Source: Thermoleophilaceae bacterium
Lineage (GTDB): Bacteria; Actinomycetota; Thermoleophilia; Solirubrobacterales; Thermoleophilaceae
DNA length: 36,132 nucleotides
Direction: 5' to 3'
Assembly: GCA_035645115.1 (NCBI GenBank)
Contig: DASQNF010000017.1
Span: 1-36,132, forward strand
The position numbers and the translations under genes were made by a program. Shown here piece after piece: positions 31,164 to 36,132 of the stretch. Every line of letters begins with the position of its first letter. Position 1 is the stretch's first letter. Below the pieces are notes generated by a model, which ran no database searches, was not told the origin of the DNA, and worked only from the letters and a program-made list of their open reading frames with translations.

Positions 31164-32666
31164 TCAGTGCCCCTCGGCGTACGCCGGCTGGGGGCAGGTC
31201 GACTGGGGATCCGTTCCGTGTGGTTGGGTGGCGCTCTTTTGCCGGAGCACGGTCAGCGCAAGGCCGATGCCCACGGCGATGAGCCCGGCCCCCACTATGA
31301 AGGCGAGCTGGTAGCCGCTCGTGAGCGCGGAGGCGATCGGCTCGCCGTTCGCCAGGAGCTCGTTCGTGCGCGTGCTCGCGAGCGTGGCCAGCACGGCCAG
31401 GCCGAGCGCGCCGCCGACTTGGGCGGTCGTGTTCACGAGCCCCGAGGCCAGGCCGGCGTCGGACTGCGGCACTCCGGACATCGCGAGTGTCATCAGCGAC
31501 GGGAAGGCCAGGCCGGCGCCCACGCCCATCAGCATCACCGCCGGCAGGACGTCGGGGGCGTAGCTGCCGTCCACCGGTACGAGCGCGAAGAGCACGAGCC
31601 CGGCGAGCACCGCCACGAGCGCGGGGACGAGCGTGGCCCGGGCGCCGAACCTCGTGTTCAGCCGCGCCGACAGGCCGGCCGAGAAGATCCCCATCAGGAT
31701 CGTGGCGGGCAAGAAGGCGAGCCCGATCTCGAGCGGGTCGAAGCCGAGCACACGCTCGAGGTAGAGCGTGCCCATGAAGAACATGCCGAACATTCCGGCC
31801 ACCACCACCACCTGCACGAGGTTGGCCCCGGAGACGTTGCGCGAGCGGAAGACCCGCAGCGGCATCAGCGGGTCGGCCGCCCGCGCCTGGCGCGCGACGA
31901 AGACCGCGAGCAGCGCGAGGGAGGCCGCGCCGAGCCCGAGCGAGTGGAGCGAGCCCCAGCCGTAGTCGCTCGCCTTGACGATCGTGTACACGCCCAGCAT
32001 CAGCGCGCTCGTGACAAGCGCCGCGCCGAGCACGTCCGCTCCGCGGCCGATCCCGATCCCCTCGTCGGAGTCGATCAGGCGCGCGGCGAACAGCGCGGTG
32101 CCGATCGCGATCGGCAGGTTGATGAAGAAGATCCAGTGCCAGTTGATCGCCTCGGTCAGGATCCCGCCGGCGAGCAGCCCGATCGAGCCGCCGGCCGAGG
32201 CCACGAAGCCGTAGATCCCGATCGCCTTGGCCTGCTCACGGGGCTCGGGGAACATCGTCACGATCATGCCCAGGATGACCGCGGAGGTCATGGCGCCGCC
32301 CACGCCCTGGGCGAAGCGAGCCGCGATCAGCAGTCCCTGGCTCTGGGCGAGGCCGCAGAGAAGCGAGGCCACGGTGAAGGCGGCCAGCCCGATCATGAAG
32401 ATCCGCTTGCGTCCGACGAGGTCGCCCAGGCGTCCGGCGAGCAGCAGCAGCCCGCCGAAGCTGATCAGGTAGGCGTTGACGACCCAGGCCAGGCTCGACT
32501 GCGAGAAGCCGAGATCGGTCTGGATCGAGGGCAGCGCCACGTTCACGACGGTCACGTCGAGGACGATCATCAGCATCCCCACGCACAGCACGGCCAGCGC
32601 CAGCCAGCGGCGGCTGTCGGCCCCCTGCTCCGGGTTGTCAACGGTCGCGGTGGTCATTGGTCTCAC
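31164..32666 (-). CDS. MFS transporter, DHA2 (EmrB/QacA, 14-TM) drug:H+ antiporter family
   Basis: RRWLALAVLCVGMLMIVLDVTVVNVALPSIQTDLGFS...LLLLAGRLGDLVGRKRIFMIGL and 14 hydrophobic segments. The start is GTG 32666 or ATG 32657. Confidence 0.85.
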   Translation of the reverse strand: MRPMTTATVDNPEQGADSRRWLALAVLCVGMLMIVLDVTVVNVALPSIQTDLGFSQSSLAWVVNAYLISFGGLLLLAGRLGDLVGRKRIFMIGLAAFTVASLLCGLAQSQGLLIAARFAQGVGGAMTSAVILGMIVTMFPEPREQAKAIGIYGFVASAGGSIGLLAGGILTEAINWHWIFFINLPIAIGTALFAARLIDSDEGIGIGRGADVLGAALVTSALMLGVYTIVKASDYGWGSLHSLGLGAASLALLAVFVARQARAADPLMPLRVFRSRNVSGANLVQVVVVAGMFGMFFMGTLYLERVLGFDPLEIGLAFLPATILMGIFSAGLSARLNTRFGARATLVPALVAVLAGLVLFALVPVDGSYAPDVLPAVMLMGVGAGLAFPSLMTLAMSGVPQSDAGLASGLVNTTAQVGGALGLAVLATLASTRTNELLANGEPIASALTSGYQLAFIVGAGLIAVGIGLALTVLRQKSATQPHGTDPQSTCPQPAYAEGH

Positions 32667-32745
32667 GGCTCCTGGTTCTCGGGTCTCATCACTGTCATTG
32701 GTTGAGACCGCAGGGGTGCCGAGAACTCATCGGTCTTACTGCCAA
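32663..32745 (-). promoter_or_regulatory. Structured leader of the DHA2 pump with nested inverted repeats and two 11-codon uORFs chained by ATGA and GTGA overlaps
   Basis: The mRNA reads GATGAGTTCTCGGcacccctgcGGTCTCAaccaATGAcagtgaTGAGACCCGAGAACcaggagccGTGAGACCAATGACC. The outer stem is GTTCTCGG/CCGAGAAC and the inner stem GGTCTCA/TGAGACC. uORF1 is 32730..32695 (MSSRHPCGLNQ) and uORF2 is 32698..32663 (MTVMRPENQEP). Confidence 0.45.
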
Positions 32746-32779
32746 GAGGTCCGGGGGCTGACACCGGCCGCAACGCGGA

Positions 32780-33178
32780 TCAGAGCACCGGCTTCAGATC
32801 GATCACCGGCGTGCCGTTCACGGCTTCGAGCGGGCGGACCCGGAGCCGGTGACCTTCGATCTCCACGATTTCGACCTCGTGCAACCCGATCGGGTTGGGG
32901 CGGTCCGCCGAGCGCGTGCTGAAGACCCCTTGCCGCGGGTTCGAGAGGTCGTCGCGCGGGTGCACGAGCAGCAGGTCGCGGCGGGCGCGGTCGAGCCAGG
33001 TCAACAGGATCACCCGGTCTCCGGCCCGAAGGCCCTCCAGTCCTGCGAGCACGTCCGGCTCGAGCACGAGCCAGGCGTCGGGCGCTCCCTCGGGGCCCTG
33101 CTTCGGCGCGGTCCGCGGATCGGTCAACGACGACTCGACCGTCCCGATCGGCGCGAGCTCGAGCGGAGTAGGGCTCAC
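32780..33178 (-). CDS. trmO: TsaA/TrmO-family tRNA (t6A37) methyltransferase-like protein (YaeB/UPF0066)
   Basis: 132 aa. IGTVESSLTD...DRVILLTWLDRARRDLL...GVFSTRSADRPNPIGLHEVEIVEIEGHRLRVRPLEAVNGTPVIDLKP. Confidence 0.8.
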   Translation of the reverse strand: MSPTPLELAPIGTVESSLTDPRTAPKQGPEGAPDAWLVLEPDVLAGLEGLRAGDRVILLTWLDRARRDLLLVHPRDDLSNPRQGVFSTRSADRPNPIGLHEVEIVEIEGHRLRVRPLEAVNGTPVIDLKPVL

Positions 33179-34422
33179 CGTCCCCTCCTGCGCGGCAGGA
33201 TCCGCTCCTCGCGCAGCGTGCGGATCACCACGTTCGCGGCGATCGAGGCGCCTTGGTCCGAGAGGTGCACGCCGTCGGACTGGCGCACCCCCACCTCAAG
33301 GTCGCCCACGCGAATCCACGTGCGGTAGCGCCCTCCGGGCGAGAACACCTCCACGAGGTCGACGATCCGCACGTCGCGCCGGCGCCTCGATGCGGCGCGG
33401 CGCAGGGCGGCGTTCACTGCCGGGAAGCTCCGCCGGAAGACGCCCTCGCGCGGCGTGGGCAGGAGCAGCCACAGCACCCGCGTGCGACCGCCGCGCGCGT
33501 AGACCGTCATCATCCTCCGCGCCCGGCGCGCGTACGCGGCGATCCACGCGCGCCCGCAGCATTCCGCCGCGCCCATCGGGAACGCGTCGTTGGCGCCGAT
33601 GAACATCACGACGACGTCGGGAGCGAAGGCGGCCTGGCGACGCGCCTGCGCCACCCAGTCGAGCGCTGAGGGCTTCGAGATGCCGGTGGCCGGGTGGGCG
33701 TCGCTGCGCATCCGCACCCCGATCCGCCTGAGGCGGCGCGCCAGAAAGCGGTCGAGGCGCTGGATCATCGAGTCGCCGGTGGCGAGCACGCTCAGGCTGC
33801 CGCCGGGCGCTGCCACGCGCACACCGCGAGCGGCGTGGCCCCAACGCGTTGTGGCGCGCACTCGCCAACCACCGGGCCGCCGGGCGAGGAAGCTCAAGGT
33901 GCGACTGCGCCGTCCCTCGCGCAGACGAAGCCGATCGCAGCGCGCCGGCCCGCCCGGCGGCTCCACGCAGACGCGCGCGGTGAAGCCGCCGACCTCCCAG
34001 CGGTCGACCATGCGCAGCCTCACCTGGCTGCTCGCGCGGGCGCGGGCGGGCAGTACCAGGGCCAGGCGGCGCGCGCACGAGGGGGTGCGAACCCGGGCCG
34101 CGGCGCTCGAACCGTCCGGCGTGGTGGCCACGAACGTCCTCGAGCGCCGGTCGCAGCGCCATTTGCCCGCGCGGCGCAGCACCGTCAGGGAAGAGCTCGG
34201 GCGGAGCCTTGCGAAACGTTCTCTGCCCGGCTCCTCGATCGTCACCGGGACGCCGGGAGTCGAGTGCAGCCGCAGCCGGACGTAGCCCCGCTCGCGGGCG
34301 TCGGCCGCGAGCTCGAGGCGGTGGTCGGCGCCGCGGGCGCTCGGCCCGCCGCCCGGCTCCTGGCCGGCCGCCGCCAGGCTCACTCCGAGGATCGGCCCCA
34401 GGCTCGACACGAGCAGCGCCAC
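33175..34422 (-). CDS. Secreted or anchored protein with an unknown N-terminal domain and a C-terminal SGNH/GDSL hydrolase domain
   Basis: C-terminal LSVLATGDSMIQRL...DVVVMFIGANDAFPMG...DGVHLSDQGA (SGNH blocks I, III, V). The stop overlaps the trmO start (GTGA). The start is uncertain: GTG 34422 is the first canonical start clear of the upstream gene, and CTG 34461 would give a better signal peptide. Confidence 0.6.
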   Translation of the reverse strand: MALLVSSLGPILGVSLAAAGQEPGGGPSARGADHRLELAADARERGYVRLRLHSTPGVPVTIEEPGRERFARLRPSSSLTVLRRAGKWRCDRRSRTFVATTPDGSSAAARVRTPSCARRLALVLPARARASSQVRLRMVDRWEVGGFTARVCVEPPGGPARCDRLRLREGRRSRTLSFLARRPGGWRVRATTRWGHAARGVRVAAPGGSLSVLATGDSMIQRLDRFLARRLRRIGVRMRSDAHPATGISKPSALDWVAQARRQAAFAPDVVVMFIGANDAFPMGAAECCGRAWIAAYARRARRMMTVYARGGRTRVLWLLLPTPREGVFRRSFPAVNAALRRAASRRRRDVRIVDLVEVFSPGGRYRTWIRVGDLEVGVRQSDGVHLSDQGASIAANVVIRTLREERILPRRRGR

Positions 34423-34507
34423 GAGCAGCGTTGATGGTTGGGGTCGCGCGCGCGTGGCCAGACAGTACCCTCGCCGGGCCGCGCTCGCGAGACCGCCGCC
34501 GGCCGTC

Positions 34508-34792
34508 CTAACGCGGCCGGTCGCCGGCCAGGACGGCCAGCAGGTCGCCGATCCTCTGGTCGCGCGCGAGTGGCTCGGGCAGCGGCAGGTTCGGCTCGAT
34601 CGTGTACCGGTTGCGGCGCCCGCGGCGCTCGCGCGAGATATAGCCGGCTTCAGCCAGCTCCACCACGATCCGGTGCGCGGCGCGTTCGGTGATGCCCACC
34701 GCCGCACCGATCTCGCGCAGCCGGATCTCCGGGTCGTGGGCTATGGAGAGCAGCACCTGGGCGTGGTTTGTGAGGAACGACCAGCCAGGCAT
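34508..34792 (-). CDS. Small winged-helix (ArsR/MarR-like) transcriptional regulator
   Basis: 94 aa. NHAQVLLSIAHDPEIRLREIGAAVGITERAAHRIVVELAEAGYISRERRGRRNRYTI. Confidence 0.75.
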   Translation of the reverse strand: MPGWSFLTNHAQVLLSIAHDPEIRLREIGAAVGITERAAHRIVVELAEAGYISRERRGRRNRYTIEPNLPLPEPLARDQRIGDLLAVLAGDRPR

Positions 34793-34813
34793 CCGGTCCG
34801 AGGCGATAACACC

Positions 34814-34849
34814 AGTCTAGTAATTCTAGACTTCAATGTCGTATATACT
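34814..34849. promoter_or_regulatory. AT-rich divergent control region with a 7-5-7 perfect palindrome and a GTATATAC palindrome / TATACT -10-like box
   Basis: AGTCTAGtaattCTAGACT (34814-34832), GTATATAC (34841-34848) and TATACT (34844-34849). This is the only strongly AT-rich stretch I noticed in the window. Confidence 0.5.
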
Positions 34850-34880
34850 GGAGGGCGACGTCCTCGAGCGAAAGTCGCAT

Positions 34881-35123
34881 ATGCCGCACTTCAGATGCCT
34901 TGCCTGCAGGTCCCGCCTATACAGCGCTTCCACGCCTGCGGGCGCCCCCTGCCCGGGCTGCGGCTCGCCGCTCCAGTCTGTTGGAGCGCTCTCGGAGCTG
35001 GCCGGCCTGCGCCTGATCTCGAGCGGCAGTGGTGACAGTGCTCGCCGAACCGACGGCATTGCGGCTCTGGCAGCGGCGGTGGCTCTTCCCGTGCCGGGCG
35101 AGAAGACCCGCGCGCCCGGCTGA
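34881..35123 (+). CDS. Small zinc-ribbon-like protein (CxxC ... CxxC), hypothetical
   Basis: MPHFRCLACRSRLYSASTPAGAPCPGCGSPL... The track start ATG 34836 lies upstream of the TATACT box, so ATG 34881 is preferred. GC3 is moderately high. Confidence 0.45.
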   Translation: MPHFRCLACRSRLYSASTPAGAPCPGCGSPLQSVGALSELAGLRLISSGSGDSARRTDGIAALAAAVALPVPGEKTRAPG

Positions 35124-35150
35124 CGCGAGGCTCGCGCGCCCATCGGGAGC

Positions 35151-35399
35151 ATGAGCTCCAACCACCCATTCGACCGCACGGATCCGGCGCGCGACGCAAG
35201 CAACGAGCGGGAGCGCCTGCGCGACGAAGCACGCTACCGGCGCGAGCGTCTGGAGCTGTACCGCGCAAGGCTCTACGGTGGGCGCGCGGCCAGCCAAGCC
35301 AAGCTGAGGGAGCTCCAGCGCGCGTGCGACGCGGCCGCGGCCAGGCTTGCCCGGGCCGAGGCGGCGGCAGAGTCGATCTCAGCCCCACCGCACGCCTGA
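35151..35399 (+). CDS. Hypothetical small Arg/Glu-rich coiled-coil protein
   Basis: 82 aa with GC-rich third positions. ERERLRDEARYRRERLELYRARLY...KLRELQRACDAAAARLARAEAAAE. No recognisable family. Confidence 0.4.
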   Translation: MSSNHPFDRTDPARDASNERERLRDEARYRRERLELYRARLYGGRAASQAKLRELQRACDAAAARLARAEAAAESISAPPHA

Positions 35400-35477
35400 G
35401 CGCGCGCAATTCGCTTCCGGTCCGGCGCAGGCTGGGTTACGATCGGAGTAGCCCTCCCCGACCAACCCCGACCGCCG

Positions 35478-35909
35478 TTGAGCCCAAAGGACGCCCAGAC
35501 CGAATCTCCTGCGTCAGGTCAACGCTTCCCGCCGCCGACCCAGGCGTCCGGCGACGTGCTCACCTCCATCTCGGACGGCATCGTGGCGCTGCTGAAGGAG
35601 TTCTACGGCCGCGGGCCCACCCGGACCAAGACCTACTACGAGGACGACCTGGTGGTGTGCCTGCTGCGCGGCGGCTTCTCGCGGGTGGAGCAGACGCTCT
35701 TGGAGGGAGGCCGCGGCTCGTCGGTTATCCAGCAGCGCATGGAGTTCCAGGAGCTGATGCAGCAGCGCTTCGAGGAGGTGGTCGAGAAGGCCACGGGTCG
35801 GCGGGTGATCGGCTTCATGAGTGGAAACCAGCAGGAGCCGGACATCATGTGCGAGGTTTTCATCCTCGCGCCCACAGACCTCGTCGACCCCCACGAGCTC
35901 TCGGCTTGA
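35478..35909 (+). CDS. DUF2294 (MpsC-like) family protein
   Basis: 143 aa. ISDGIVALLKEFYGRGPTRTKTYYEDDLVVCLLRGGFSRVEQTLLEGGRGSSVIQQRMEFQELMQQRF...VIGFMSGNQQEPDIMCEVFIL. TTG start. Confidence 0.75.
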   Translation: MSPKDAQTESPASGQRFPPPTQASGDVLTSISDGIVALLKEFYGRGPTRTKTYYEDDLVVCLLRGGFSRVEQTLLEGGRGSSVIQQRMEFQELMQQRFEEVVEKATGRRVIGFMSGNQQEPDIMCEVFILAPTDLVDPHELSA

Positions 35910-36022
35910 CGCAGAGAGCAACCGCTGTACCCTGGGAGCAGGAGGGCATTTTTCGGTGAGGTCGGCTTCAGTGGCCGGCAGCGCGAGCTGACTTCCGAGG
36001 TTCCGCTACCCCGGAGGTCCCA

Positions 36023-36132
36023 ATGTCCCACCCGCTGGTCCCGCCCGATCCGCTCGTGGCCTACCCCAACAGCCTGAGCCCGCCCTTCGCCTGCTCGTGC
36101 ACCGACGGCGGCCTCGATGCGGCCTGGGTCCA
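36023..36132 (+). CDS. Hypothetical protein, 5' part only (continues past the right edge)
   Basis: GGAGG lies 6 nt before ATG 36023. Translation is MSHPLVPPDPLVAYPNSLSPPFACSCTDGGLDAAWV. Not enough sequence to assign a family. Confidence 0.35.
   Translation, partial: MSHPLVPPDPLVAYPNSLSPPFACSCTDGGLDAAWV

Noticed and set aside
1-36132. Mobile elements, prophage, CRISPR arrays or defence islands.
   Set aside because: I saw no transposase, integrase, recombinase, phage structural, Cas, restriction or toxin-antitoxin-like ORF. There is no array of regularly spaced repeats. The only mobility hint is the tRNA-Val fragment at 941-982.

Overview
This is a very high-GC, densely coding chromosomal segment that looks like Actinomycetota, possibly a Thermoleophilia or Rubrobacteria-type lineage (taxonomy is inference from gene content and GC only). 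I support about 38 protein-coding genes. I found no rRNA, no intact tRNA, no CRISPR array and no transposase or integrase. Gene blocks from left to right:

- **1-528:** an ethanolamine-permease-like APC transporter that runs off the left edge.
- **613-1053:** a 440-nt gene-free gap holding tRNA-Val-derived pieces and many short repeats.
- **1054-4754:** two translationally coupled dynamin-like membrane GTPases plus a PRC-barrel protein.
- **4826-11165:** an MFS transporter fused to a cNMP-binding domain, an HpcH aldolase, a TetR/DUF4389 divergon, a pseudo-receiver fused to a thioredoxin-reductase-like flavoprotein, and a DUF378 protein.
- **11189-15608:** a light module. It comprises a photolyase, a convergent CarH/LitR-type B12-binding MerR regulator, and an MMPL transporter. 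The same 11-bp-phased operator-like repeats sit in front of the photolyase and the regulator.
- **15785-19956:** DUF4126, an alpha/beta hydrolase, a stand-alone cNMP-binding protein, a saccharopine-dehydrogenase-like reductase and a GH3 hexosaminidase.
- **19953-28853:** a phosphate and polyphosphate supercluster of ppk1, a SixA-like phosphatase, pstSCAB-phoU-ppx and an orphan OmpR/PhoB regulator. PHO-box-like repeats lie between pstS and the regulator.
- **28893-30754:** a cupredoxin-like anchor protein plus a polytopic membrane protein.
- **30767-34792:** a long minus-strand string of wHTH regulator, SGNH hydrolase, TrmO, a structured leader with relay uORFs, a DHA2 MFS efflux pump and a VOC protein.
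- **34793-36132:** a right-end cluster of small proteins (zinc ribbon, coiled coil, MpsC/DUF2294).

The observations most worth a second look are the split tRNA-Val-like locus, the shared CarH-type operator, the efflux-pump leader, the PHO boxes with the orphan regulator, and several genes whose homology extends upstream of any canonical start codon (CTG or ATC starts are proposed). All functional calls come from reading the translated ORFs and motifs by eye. No database search was run.
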